Below are positions 34,301 through 37,083 of a stretch of 64,000 nt of DNA, one piece after another. The position numbers and the translations under genes were made by a program. The stretch comes from an uncultured Acidobacteriota bacterium (GTDB lineage Bacteria; Acidobacteriota; Thermoanaerobaculia; Multivoradales; UBA5704). The DNA lies in the NCBI GenBank assembly GCA_963770895.1, contig CAVYRF010000001.1, positions 1,024,001-1,088,000 on the forward strand, written 5' to 3'. The first letter of the stretch is position 1, and every line of letters begins with the position of its first letter. The notes below the pieces were generated by a model. It did no database searches, was not told the origin of the DNA, and saw nothing but the letters and a program-made list of their open reading frames with translations.

Positions 34301-36057
34301 AGCTCAATCACTACGGTCCGACCGAAACCACGGTCGGCGTTGCCACCTATCGTTGGACGGCGGGCGAGCGGCGGCCGGCGGCGCGCACGGTGCCGATCGG
34401 GCGACCGCTCGCCGGCGCACGCGCCTACGTGCTCGACCGTGATGCGCGACCGGTACCGCTAGGAGCCGACGGCGAGCTGTACCTCGGCGGCGGCGGCCTG
34501 GCTCGCGGCTACATCGGTCGTCCTGACCTTACCGCCGAGCGTTTCGTGCCGGAACCCTTTGGCGATCGCCCGGGAGGAAGGCTCTATCGCACCGGCGATC
34601 GGGTGCGCCTGCTGGACGATGGCAATCTTGAGTTCCGTGGCCGGGTAGATTCCCAGATAAAGGTGCGTGGCTACCGCGTCGAGCCTGCCGAAATCGAGGC
34701 CGTTCTGTGCCGTCATCCGGCGGTACGCCGGGCGGCGCTTGTGGCCCGCGAGGACCGGCCCGGCGACCGACGCCTGGTGGCCTACGTCGTGCTCGCGCCC
34801 GGCGCCGCGGCGGGTGGCGACGCCGGCCTGATGCTGCGCGCGTGGGCGGGTTCGGAGCTTCCCGAATACATGATTCCCGAAACGGTCGTCGTGCTCGATG
34901 CCATGCCGCTGACGCCCAACGGCAAGCTCGATCGGACCGCCCTGCCGGAGCCGGGAACGGCGCCGATCGGCGCTGAGCAGGTGGCGCCCCGCGACCTGAT
35001 GGAGCTGCGCCTCGTCACGCTCTGGCAGGAGCTGCTCAAGGTACGACCAATCGGCGTGACGCAGGACTTCTTCGCTCTCGGTGGCAACTCCATGGATGCG
35101 GTGCGGCTGCTGGCCCGCCTGCACAAGCAGTTCGGGCGCCGCCTGTCGATCGCGCGGCTGGTCGAGGGCTCGACCGTCGAGGGATTGGCGGTGCTGCTGC
35201 GCCGGGAGGAGAGGCAGCCAGCCTCGTCCCTCGTGCCGCTGCAGCCGCGCGGCTTCCATCGTCCGCTGTTCTGCGTCCAACCTTCGGGAGCGCTCTGCTA
35301 TCTCGACCTCGTGCGCTGCCTGCCGGCCGACCAGCCGGTCTACGGCCTGCAAGCAGCGGCCGTCGGCGGGGGGGAGAGCGCGGCGCCGGCGACGGTGCCG
35401 GAGATGGCCGCCCGCTACCTCGCGGCGCTGCGCGACGTGCAGCAGGCGGGTCCTTATCGCCTCGCCGGCTGGTCGATGGGCGGCTCGGTGGCCTACGAGA
35501 TGGCGTGCCAGTTGACGGCCGCCGGCGAAGCCGTCGAGCTGTTGGCGCTGATCGATTCGCGGGTGGTGCAGGAGGCCGAGCGCCGGGAGGAAGTGGACGA
35601 GAATCGGCTGGTCGAAAACCTCGCCATGGAAATGAACCTGCCGCTCTCCGATCTCGGTTGCGCCTGGGGAGAGGCGGTCGGGCAGGGACTCGACGCGCAG
35701 CTAACGCTCCTTTTCCTGCATGCCAAACGGCTCGGGCTGCTGCCGCCGGATCTCGATATGGCGCAGATCCACCAGCACTTTTCCCTATTGCGATACCAAG
35801 GCATTGCGATTCGCACCTACCTGCCGCGGACTTACCCGGGACGCCTCTTGCTTTTGCGGGGCAGCGAACGGCCGGGGCCGGCAGGCGGCGATCCGAGCCT
35901 GGGGTGGAGTGCGCTTGCAGCCGGCGGTGTCGAGATCCGGAAGATTCCTGGCGACCATTTCACATTGCTCAAACCACCGAACGTCCAAACCTTGGCGGAC
36001 GCCCTCGTGGCAGCCCTCGCGGCCTGCGGCGCGGACGACGTCAGTGAAGGCGGCTAG
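5809..36057 (+). CDS. Giant NRPS / depsipeptide synthetase (10,082 aa), 6 modules: A0-A-KR-T, C-A0'-A-KR-T, C-A-T-E, C-A(MT)-T-E, C-A-T-E, C-A-T-TE
   Basis: Keto-acid A motifs (WMPLDHVGG, PGWGMSET, GKIQR); KR motifs (GGLGGLG, YAAAN); T domains GGHS/GGDS/GGNS; E domains HHLxxDxVSW and ExHGR; DCL-type C domains (YPLSPLQ.G) after each E; TE with GWSMGG and GDHF. Confidence 0.97.
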   Translation: MVNVEREPRGLLPDVHSVLDLFDAQVTRTPDAAAVVNGAASSTYGGIAAAANALARRLRNRGIGPEARVGICAHRSVEMVVFLLGALKAGSAFVLLDPGDSAARLRHRAADLALAVVLAPADAGERLREAGIEVLAPAAADLLDVPGGFPADPWPEGAAYLLDGAGASALVEHRALARWLAWLQEELSVQPGERVLFASNPTAESAPWELLWPLSLGGCLVLAPGEGVPCGEDLARAAAEHGAALLHLSPPALAAFLRALPGEAVGLPTLRQVVCSGGLLASAPARALMARLACGVLYIYAPRRGGIGVAAHACAGEEPRPQVPAGFAALGSVRVLDDDLQLVPAGILGEVWAGGDGLPRQMGADPVLTADRLRPDPFAELPGARSMRTGDRGRMLRNGEVELVRGLEPGAWVEGSWVDAGEVAAALLEDAAVAACAVAVLTAAGGDLKLTAYVVPLEPWSPERLRQQLPQSLVRPRGAMTWVRLSALPLTAEGDVDEPALEALAGVAAEEMESWEAKLGGEAGAADVALLVREVRETSPPLHLAELVPGWHRAMPLVVETAARVERLAEEAGEALSISEGTPLPSEPGAPLTLPAMLLRALACAPDRGMIYLEEGIGEVRQTYPALLEEARRILGGLLALGLVAGDRVILQLDHACDFIPVLWGCFLGGIVPAAIGVAPSYAEPNAAVSKLLSAWELLGRPLIVAREEILAAVRGASSTIGSCVESVESLRRGAPAPALHQGASGDLALLLLTSGSTGAPKAVMQSHAALLSRWTGTLRHEGFSAADISLNWMPLDHVGGVVFSHLRDVWLGCDQVHAPPAPVLGRPLLWLDWIERYRATMSWAPNFAFGLVVDQAGELERRRRDLSSMRYLVSAGEAVVARTARRFLTLLAPHGLPPTALHPGWGMSETCSGATFSHEFRLETTHDEDSFVELGAPLAGVSLRIVDLEDQPLPEGRMGQLQVKGASVTSGYYGQPELAVEAFTADGWFKTGDLGFLRQGRLTITGREKDVIIVNGANYYSHEIESVVEEIAGVEVSFTAACGVRIGGTEGLVVFFHPREEGGSLAELLQEIRRQVIRRVGLTPEYLVPVEPSEVPKTNIGKIQRAQLKQRFESGEFEASLRRVDLLLGNAQTVPDWFFRQVWRRERGWVGPVAPPAGRYLLFSDGGDLGERLREALSRSGRECVVVEIAEGVEGAVAGEAGSSPAMVGSDRYRIDPSRLEQYGWLVETLVGRGAWPRRVVHLWSAGAVQEAAGAEDLELAQELGSLSVLGLVQALAAARGQGVERPPVDLLVVGTRSQGVAAGDLVASERSPVLGLLKTIPSELPWMACRHVDLELAAAATQAEAVLRELCVARGAAEVAWRGGKRWVPRLEKADVRPRQGGEPALRPGGLYLVSGGLGGLGREMAAHLLEHHGAKLLLVGRTHLAGGEKGQALAALERLGSVVYEALDVADEGAVRQAVERAEMHFGCRLDGVVHLAGEGVLRPLMEESRESFLAALSAKMAGAWVLHRALAQRPDAVFIAASSVNGFFGGAMVGAYAAANRFLDTFTVQLRQEGRRAFSLAWSRWEGVGLSRSENVGELSPMQGYRSILPRQGLVSLDVSLSQAEPRLWIGLDGSHPFIRRHLEEPSQRLERLAVCFTGELSAPRLEELRREHGGALELLHLAELPHTAAGTVDRDRLASVIQGRAWRLAARQGPRTQVEQRLAEIWRELLGGAEVGVEDNFFELGGHSLLATQMLARVRERLGVDLPLRRLFEAPTLGGLASAIGAERSDSRGSERAEGSQDSPPIVPVSRDADLPLSFAQQRLWFLDQLEPGSTVYNIPLVLRLQGRLDAVALARTLSEIVGRHEALRTSFPSRDGRPVQQIAPARPVAMPGHDLRALPPAMREAEVRRLASAAAQQPFDLARGPLLRAALLRLDGEDHVALLVMHHIIADGWSMGVFVREVAALYAAFCTGEPSPLPALAVQYADYAGWQRQWLSGAVLEEQLIYWREVLRGSLPLLRLPLDRSRPAAPSPHGGEVEMNLPAPLTAALEALARREGATLYMVLLAAFQTLLLRLTGQGDISVGTPIANRERVEIEGLIGFFANTLVMRVDLRGEETFRQLLARVREAALGAYAHQDLPFEILVEDLQPTRDLSHSPLFQVMLALQSMPVRSLVLADLTLSAVEIKSNAALFDLGLSLVEDGGTLQGWLAYKQDLFDAATVKRLARQLALLLSGLPHGLDRRLDALTILSAAERHQALCEWGQGAATLRLVSARHEIWDAWAPDIGGVLAAYVLDGLEPVPAGVFGELCVRGAEGDRSLAPEAAAKWTPDPFAGEAGARLYRTGEAARFLPNGEIDLPASSATTVTIRGIRVDPRAVEAALLEDEAVAACAVTARRMAGGELELVAYLVPLDAWAPERQRQRLPPGLAWLREAVTWVRISALPLTPDGDVDESVLAALAGVAAKEIGSWEVRLGEEAGVGEVALLVREVRDPAQPLHLADLIPGWQRTTVPPEEAAVEGERPAEETGEGQPSVSEGDLLRLAEDAPRTLPAALLRAVARSPERGMIYLEGETGEVRQTYPELLEEARRILGGLRALGLVPGDRVILQLDRGRDFIPAFWGCVLGGMIPAPAGVASSYGEPNAAVSKLLSAWELLGRPLIVAGEEILAAVRGVSPEPEFRVEGLAALRRGVPAQELHQPAPGDLAMLLLTSGSTGAPKAVMQSHAALAARPEGMQRFDGLDATAVSLNWMPLDHVGGIVMFHLRDVWLGCDQVHAPTAPVLGRPLLWLDWIERYRATMSWAPNFAYGLVVDQAGELERRRRDLSSMHFLLNGGEAVVARTARRFLTLLAPHGLPPTAMYPGWGMSETCSGVTYSRRFRLETTHDEDSFVELGAPLAGVSLRIVDLEDQPVPEGRMGQLQVKGASLTSGYYGQPELADEAFTADGWFKTGDLGILRQGRLTITGREKDVIIVNGVNYYSHEIESVVEEIAGVEVSFTAACGVRIGGTEGLVVFFHPREEGGSLAELLQEIRRQVIRRVGLTPEYLVPVEPSEVPKTNIGKIQRAQLKQRFESGEFEASLRRVDLLLGNAQTVPDWFFRQVWRRERGWVGPVAPPAGRYLLFSDGGDLGERLREALSHSGRECVVVEIAEGVEGAVAGEAGSSPAMVGSDRYRIDPSRLEQYGWLVETLVGRGAWPRRVVHLWSAGAVQEAAGAKDLERAQELGSLSVLGLVQALAAARGQGVERPPVDLLVVGTRSQGVAAGDLVASERSPVLGLLKTIPSELPWMACRHVDLELAAAATQAEAVLRELCVARGAAEVAWRGGKRWVPRLEKADVRPRQGGEPALRPGGLYLVSGGLGGLGREMAAHLLEHHGAKLLLVGRTHLAGGEKGQALAALERLGSVVYEALDVADEGAVRQAVERAEMHFGCRLDGVVHLAGEGVLRPLMEESRESFLAALSAKMAGAWVLHRALAQRPDAVFIAASSVNGFFGGAMVGAYAAANRFLDTFTVQLRQEGRRAFSLAWSRWEGVGLSRSENVGELSPMQGYRSILPRQGLVSLDVSLSQAEPRLWIGLDGSHPFIRRHLEEPSQRLERLAVCFTGELSAPRLEELRREHGGALELLHLAELPHTAAGTVDRDRLASVIQGRAWRLAARQGPRTQVEQRLAEIWRELLGGAEVGVEDNFFELGGHSLLATQMLARVRERLGVDLPLRRLFEAPTLGGLALAIAAERSDSRGSERAEGSQDSPPIVPVSRDADLPLSFAQQRLWFLDQLEPGSTVYNIPLVLRLQGRLDAVALARTLSEIVGRHEALRTSFPSRDGRPVQQIAPARPVAMPGHDLRALPPAMREAEVRRLASAAAQQPFDLARGPLLRAALLRLDGEDHVALLVMHHIIADGWSMGVFVREVAALYAAFCAGEPSPLPALAVQYADYAGWQRQWLSGAVLEEQLIYWREVLRGSLPLLRLPLDRPRPAAPSPRGGEVEMNLPAPLTAALEALARREGATLYMVLLAAFQTLLLRLTGQGDISVGTPIANRERVEIEGLIGFFANTLVMRVDLRGEETFRQLLARVREAALGAYAHQDLPFEILLEDLQPTRELSHSPLFQVLLVLQNMPQHELALPGLDLRLVEIERHEVQFDLTLNVFGNGGRLSGLLEYRAELFDAASVRRWSAHLQLLLSGVTADPGRPLTAYELLGRSERQQILVEWNDSAAETVTGALFTQLFEAQVRCDPAATAVVAGAALLRYGDLNGRANQLARHLTSLGIAPEAIVALCFEPSAERVVAMLGVLKAGAALLPLDPALPDERLAFLVRDSGAAALITARGDAAAERLACEVERAGGMVVDLERDRTAIACHQAADPPLAASGASAAYVIYTSGSTGAPKGVVVHQRGMANLAVAQSRAFDVRPGDVVLQFAAPGFDASISELAMALAAGATLHLATRDELLPGGALEDLLQSCAVTHLTLPPAVLAVLQERSFPALRCLIVAGDTCPPALAAHWRAGRRFFNAYGPTETTVCATLSEIVAGDDRVSLPIGFPLANLEAHVLDDELAPVPLGVEGELLLAGAGLARGYLGHSDLTAASWLPHPSPRRSGDRLYRSGDRARRRPGGDLEFRGRSDRQVKVRGFRVEPAEIEAAIAAHPAVAAVAVTAHPAGSEGLTVDRRLIAYVVGGAAGAPGPTELRAFLLAQLPEHLVPSLFIPLATMPLGSSGKVDYRALPPPDLRREPGAAAHVPPAGPTERCLAEIWSEVLKVRPVGRTDGFFALGGDSILSIQIVSRARQAGLALTPRLIFEHPILAELAALAVPVGSALEDQRPVTGPVPLTPIQRWFFDQPETLPLHHFNQTLLIAPRQPLAWAPLVGAVRLLLQHHDALRLRFVRDGAEWRQRSEPSFPAETAVARLDLRALPLARAGHAISAAAAQVQASFDLARGPLFSVVLFDLAPSDPGRLLIACHHLLIDAVSWHIVLEDIAALYAGLERGEAPRLPAKTTSYKRWAEGLAALARSGALADEVERWRSGLPPDPAPLPVDLPGGAGSMADEDSVALELPAEATAELLRGASAAWRARPDEIMLAALAAALGAWMGGGHVLVDCEGHGREDVIPEMDLTRTVGWFTSLFPISLQLPANASIGTMAASATVAAVRQQLRAAPSRGLGYGLLRYLEGGAAALRLAALPPAEASFNYLGQTDAMLSGDAPFRPAAEPSGDSQSPRLPRRHLLDVIAGVAGGRLRVEFRYATTAHRRQTVKSLAAAFREALDGLIAAAAQAAPAPPEAVDFPQARLAEGELARLLAVDPACQDMYPLSPLQQGILFHSAYSEHSQLYCEQIAISVRGPLDAGLFKRAWQRTVDRNPVLRTSFHWEGLERAHQVVRRDVSMEFHWEDWRRAAAVARRLDRLRAVERDRGFDLSHAPLLRAALIRTGDDEHHFVLSFSHLLLDGWSFSLLFSEVFAHYRAARDGAAEVPPPRRPYRDYIAWLEAQDIGAAAAYWRQKLADFSEPSRFVLDGEAAARAGQEGRDRAADYAELLVELPVGATPALRTLAQAGGWTLNTLVQLAWALLLCRWTGRRDVVFGTVVSGRPAELPGVEDMLGLFINTLPVRVQMASATPLSAALDRLQADLLELRRFEYSPLQEVQGWSELPGGDALFQSLLAFENFPLDESLADQIEGLEIRSLEVFERTNYPLTLAVVPRHDLLFKLLYDRRLTAATAERLLRHLGSLLAAMAAAPELSAENLPMLSPAEREQLLGEWGEVAAANPPHLTVDRLFAVQAARTPGAVAVESGGERLTYAALAARAGCLARRLRQLGVGSESRVAICLDRSLDLVVAILGVMEAGAAFVPLDPDLPIQRQDLIFADAGVELVLCRLDDVGASGLAGLAAKHGASLLDAANAAHDATPAAAPPGPAAVTVLETPPAPGDLAYLIYTSGSTGYPKAVMVEHGNLARVLWASHTAFGWNVGDVMPCLAPYSFDIFLFELLNPLIAGGTAVLVPLRPVLDFDGLLAVLPSVTRLHAVPTLMRQIVEAVLTAAPPADLRRLRTVFVGGDAVPAALLADMRRAFPGAVVQILYGPTEATIICSAAPADAAGDARPLLGRPLPGVALRLCDAWGELAPAGAVAEIWIGGGGVARGYWQRPELTAERFAAQDGRRFFRSGDLGRYRADGVLEHFGRSDEQVKVRGFRIELGEVEAALARHPAVREAVVAALPAGGERDFTGGHGRDARPSDHRLAAYVVARRNAPDAAALELWPSIGEYSVYDELIYGELSGDQRRNQQYRAAIEGWVRDKVVVDIGTGADAVLARVCIEAGARKVYAVEQLAASCELARDQVEQLGLSDHIVVIHGDARTVELPEPVDLCISEIVEAIGGAEGAAVILKEARRYLRPGGRMVPERATSLIAGVTLPDDLMAAPRFNRTPGHYVEKIFAEVGQRFDLRLGLRHLPTTALVSDAGVFELLDFTRGAAAEYSLPLLLTVERAARLDGFAVWLRLELGQGERLDIMEHPSSWYPIFLPAFGDGVAVEAGDRVEAQCGATLSDDGLHPDYWVSGRLVRAHGEEVAIDFHSPHHGTGYRTTPFYGRLFELPAGVSAAAATAAAAAGDEGSLLEALRRHMRAELPDYMVPATFTLLPTLPLTASGKVDRRALPLPRAAAAPGRPPANAVEASLVAIWRDVLRNSDLGVDDNFFDLGGDSILSLQIVSRARQAGLRMSPRDLFEHPTVADLAVRAAQTAADGGGTPADDRSAARVAGPLPLVPAQHAFFAGRPASPHHFNQTLLFAVAAPLSAAQTARAVAALVAAHDAFGLRFEEGPAGWTQRLIPAGGRLPFFHIDLSVLAAPRPALERAAAALQASLDLGGSAGESGGPLAAAHFDLGPERPTRLLLVVHHLVVDAVSWRILLADLDLACRQLAAGKEIRLPPAASSFRRWAECLAAYAREHPWRDELARWTAILAAPATPLPRGADGGPNCEASQRTVEVSLAEEPTRALLREAPAAYRARSEDLMLAALALAFARFTGDRRLLVELEAHGREAIVPGLDLTRTVGWFTALYPAALELTPGAAPRDAIRAVKEQLRAVPGQGFGWGLLRYMASGAVASRLAALPVPEVSFTYLGQLDLALPQDGVLGPADEQVGASRAPEMLRRHAIEIGASVVERRLQMSFGYSANLHRRSVVETLAHDTLAELTRLIAHCLSAGAGGATPSDFPLARLTQAEVDQLVGSGRAVVDIYPLSPLQRGLLFHGVYSPHVEIYHEQLIFDLLGDLDLPAFHRAWQQLLDRHSALRTAFHWQGLAEPVQAVVRRPILPWREEDWRAVPAAAAGARLAALRAADLEQGFVLGAAPLMRLIVVRTGEAETRLVWSFHHLLFDGWCFSLLLREVLALYEAARRGGTALAVAARPRPYRDFIAWLAAQDPALAETFWRRRLQGFRTPTRLPFDRPSADAGERSSDYGEIHSRLAPPHAAALRELARGRQVTLSTVVQGALALAAGRAAACRDVLFGAVVSGRPPDLAGVEQMIGLFINTVPVRAGVDGREPISAWLAGLQAEQLAAGAYEHTPLDALREWTDLPAGERLFDILLAFESYPVDPQLGQGRIAGLEIRGLEVAERSNYPLTLSVIPGEPMLFKLTYDRRYDRVTALRFLARLERTLVEMATAPEQAVCLAGALGAAERQQVLVEWSDTAAEYGREESIGRRFARVAAWRREAVALAWSGGEMRYGELEALSSRLARELAMRGIGRESVVGVSLPRSADLIVALLAVLKAGAAYLPLDAAEPVERLRWMVADAGASLVLGRGAAWGGRVNGRGAEWMDLPALRNAAEEKSPPSQALPTLPAVDGGNLAYVMYTSGSTGRPKGVEVTHRAVLRLAHPGSFARLGPEDVFLQHSPVSFDAATFEIWGALLGGGRLALYEGEAASPEELERALTGYEVTVLWLTSGLFRLMVDEQPAALRGVHHLLAGGDVVSPPHARRLLREVPTVLLINGYGPTEGTTFTCCAVVEPEEVGSLPIGRPLAGTTVAVLDPEMQAVGVGVAGELYVGGDGLARGYRGDALRTADVFVPDPRGEERGGRLYRTGDRVRHLGDGRLQFLGRLDDQVKVRGYRIEPGEVEAALSRQPQVSAAAVVARRDGPGEAQLVAYVVAAPGATPTGGELRTRLERELPAYLVPAVVVVLDALPLTTNGKIDRAALPAPGTVAGAPAGAFAGGAARAAVAPPRGPVEERLVAIWSEVLGRGPGQPIGIHDDFFALGGDSIVSLRIVARARQAGMALTPRQLFEHPTIAELASEVGSLAPPEDQGEVTGDVPLTPIQTWFFDQNSPAPHHFNQTLLFAPLAPLAMPALARALTALLSHHDALRLCYQHRSTGWRQAIAPLTATALPLCQLDLSALPAALRSDALKAASAALQASFNLGRPPLVRVAWFDLGRDADQGGGGRLLLALHHLVVDVVSWRILLEDLELAYTQTVAGQAVALPAKTTSFKRWSERLAEHAGSTLPAAAQWTAAAEDVPAGSLREDGPGGPDTFASVAALGVELPAGETEILVRDAAPIYRMRPDELVLTALALAWSRSHGAVRLRVEIERHGRDVVMPGVDLSRTVGWFTALVPVTLELPPGAGAGTAIRQIKERLRAAPAGGLGHGPQRAGGEVGARPAAQSPAAIGFNYLGQLDLVLPPSALLAPAGEEVGAAIAPAMARPHPMELTAGVVGGCLRLDWTYGSCRHRRQTIAALAEGCLAALRELISHCLSPEAGGATPSDFPLAHIDQDALDRLEGAGGAIEDLYPLSPLQQGLLFDSLASQRGHTYFEQYTLAFSGDLDAAAFMRAWQRVVDRHPVLRTSFHWERLDEPLQRVHGAAALPWQSLDWSGASAAEVRRRLDELRGADRAQGFDLSRPPLMRGTLVRTGEREARFVWSFHHLLLDGWCFALIWQEVFALYEADRRGEVAELPRRRPYRDYIAWLQRQDFAAAERYWRANLAGYEPVEIGFDSDAGTAGSGAGDEAAVEAFAERQLTLPAVLTAALQAMGAARHLTPGTLVQAAWALLLARWTDREEACFGAVVSGRPPEIPGVDAMIGLFINTLPLRIEIDGAQPLDDWLRRLQSQAIEMRQFEHCRLVDVQRWGGLPAGAAPFSSLLSYQNYPFEVRPDDDGLAVTGLEVAASNRFPLVLVVVPGQRLLLRLRHDRRHDGPKVERLLGQLQSLLAAFADVDLGGVSRSAAVPLAALPLLRPAESHQILTEWNATAPGAVAADDAAAVCVHRLFERWARLTPDAPAVVFENERLTYGGLDRLANGWAHHLRRLGVGPETVVGLCCERSLAMIVGMFAVLKAGGAYLPLEPALPAERLKFMMSAAGAELVLGEGRLAATFDELPGGHGVRFLALETDAGSGVPSPRGMAPSCGVSAGNLAYVLFTSGSTGRPKGVAVEHRQLAAYLSGIVPHLGAAGAGGSFATVSTFAADLGNTAVFPALTGGGCLHVIARPRLQDPAAMAEVMAGEAIEGLKIVPSHLAALLAGAEPAAVLPSRCLALGGEALSWELATRLDVLAPACLKLNHYGPTETTVGVATYRWTAGERRPAARTVPIGRPLAGARAYVLDRDARPVPLGADGELYLGGGGLARGYIGRPDLTAERFVPEPFGDRPGGRLYRTGDRVRLLDDGNLEFRGRVDSQIKVRGYRVEPAEIEAVLCRHPAVRRAALVAREDRPGDRRLVAYVVLAPGAAAGGDAGLMLRAWAGSELPEYMIPETVVVLDAMPLTPNGKLDRTALPEPGTAPIGAEQVAPRDLMELRLVTLWQELLKVRPIGVTQDFFALGGNSMDAVRLLARLHKQFGRRLSIARLVEGSTVEGLAVLLRREERQPASSLVPLQPRGFHRPLFCVQPSGALCYLDLVRCLPADQPVYGLQAAAVGGGESAAPATVPEMAARYLAALRDVQQAGPYRLAGWSMGGSVAYEMACQLTAAGEAVELLALIDSRVVQEAERREEVDENRLVENLAMEMNLPLSDLGCAWGEAVGQGLDAQLTLLFLHAKRLGLLPPDLDMAQIHQHFSLLRYQGIAIRTYLPRTYPGRLLLLRGSERPGPAGGDPSLGWSALAAGGVEIRKIPGDHFTLLKPPNVQTLADALVAALAACGADDVSEGG
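7570..11120 (+). other. Alpha-keto-acid module 1: A-KR-T (approximate bounds)
   Basis: Val at the Asp235-equivalent position (DHVGG), GMSET in place of GPTE, then a KR with Rossmann motif and YAAAN, then a GGHSL T domain. Confidence 0.9.
8223..12249 (+). repeat. ~4-kb near-identical repeat, copy 1 (A C-half, KR, T, most of C); period 5823 bp
   Basis: ORF-track entries recur at offset 5823 (e.g. 8868-9200 vs 14691-15023). DNA matches with scattered SNPs. Confidence 0.95.
13400..16945 (+). other. Alpha-keto-acid module 2: A-KR-T (approximate bounds)
   Basis: Same motifs as module 1 with a different pocket (DHVGGIVMF, FLLNGGE). Confidence 0.9.
14046..18072 (+). repeat. ~4-kb near-identical repeat, copy 2
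   Basis: Matches 8223-12249 and diverges after ccactcgccgctgttccaggtg. Confidence 0.95.
24460..25461 (+). other. SAM-dependent methyltransferase (PRMT-like) inserted between motifs A8 and A9 of the module-4 A domain
   Basis: DxRRNxxYxxAI, KVVVDIGTG, AGARKVYAVE, VDLCISEIVE...E. Flanked by QVKVRGFRIELGEVE upstream and LPDYMVP...GKVDR downstream. Confidence 0.85.
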
Positions 36058-36060
36058 GCC

Positions 36061-37074
36061 ATGACGCAACACCCGCTTGTACCCTCGAATCAACCGCCGG
36101 TTTTCGATGCGGTCGAAACCGGCTTTCTCTCCGTGGCGGCGGCCTTGCCGCTCGTTTGCCAGCCGCGACGGCCCGACCTCGACGCCTTCGCGTGGGCCGG
36201 TGCGCATCTTTCCGGCCTGCACGCCGCGTTGCGGCACTACGGAGCCATCCTCTTCCGCGGTTTCGACGTGCCATCGGTCGCCGCCTTCGAGCGTCTGGCC
36301 GGCACCTTCTGCCCCGATCTCTTCGGCGATTACGGCGATCTGCCACGCGAAGCGCTCGGGGAGAAGGTCTATGAATCGACTCCATACCCTGCCGACAAGA
36401 CGATCCTGTTTCACAACGAAAGCTCGCATCTCCATCGTTGGCCGGAGAAACAGTTTTTCTTCTGCGTCATACCGGCGCGCGAGCGCGGCGAGACGCCTAT
36501 TGTCGACTGCCGCGACCTTTTCCGCCGCCTCGATTCCCCGGTGGCGCGCCAGTTCGAGGAGCGCAAATTGATGTATGTCCGCAACTTCGTCGAGGGCCTC
36601 GACATGCCATGGCAGAAATTCTTCCGCACCTCCGACCGCCGAGCGGTCGAGGTGTCCTGCTCCGCCGCTGGCATGGAGGCTGAGTGGACCGATGACAACG
36701 GGCTGCGGCTGCGGCAGATCGCACCGGCGGTGATTCGCCATCCGCGCACCGGCGAGAAGTGCTTCTTCAATCAGATCCAACTCCATCATGTGTCCCAGCT
36801 CGATCCCGAGTTGCGCGAATCGCTGCTCGAGATTTACGGTGAGCAGGGGCTGCCGCGCAACGTTTTCTACGGCGACGGATCGCCGATTCCCGACGCGCTG
36901 GTCGCCGAGCTGCAAGATCTCTACTGGCAGGCCTCCGTGGCTTTTCCATGGCAAAAGGGAGACGTCTTGATGGTCGACAACATGATGATTGCCCACGCCC
37001 GTAATCCTTTCGTCGGCCCGCGCAAGATAGTGGTTGCCATGGGCGAGCTGGTCGGCATCGCCGACATCGGTTGA
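36061..37074 (+). CDS. TauD/TfdA-family Fe(II)/2-oxoglutarate dioxygenase, SyrP-like (probable aspartyl-T beta-hydroxylase)
   Basis: GAILFRGF, STPYP, FHNE (HxE), GETPIVD, FFNQ, DNMMIAHAR. Starts 3 nt after the NRPS stop. Confidence 0.9.
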   Translation: MTQHPLVPSNQPPVFDAVETGFLSVAAALPLVCQPRRPDLDAFAWAGAHLSGLHAALRHYGAILFRGFDVPSVAAFERLAGTFCPDLFGDYGDLPREALGEKVYESTPYPADKTILFHNESSHLHRWPEKQFFFCVIPARERGETPIVDCRDLFRRLDSPVARQFEERKLMYVRNFVEGLDMPWQKFFRTSDRRAVEVSCSAAGMEAEWTDDNGLRLRQIAPAVIRHPRTGEKCFFNQIQLHHVSQLDPELRESLLEIYGEQGLPRNVFYGDGSPIPDALVAELQDLYWQASVAFPWQKGDVLMVDNMMIAHARNPFVGPRKIVVAMGELVGIADIG

Positions 37075-37083
37075 GGAGCATCC

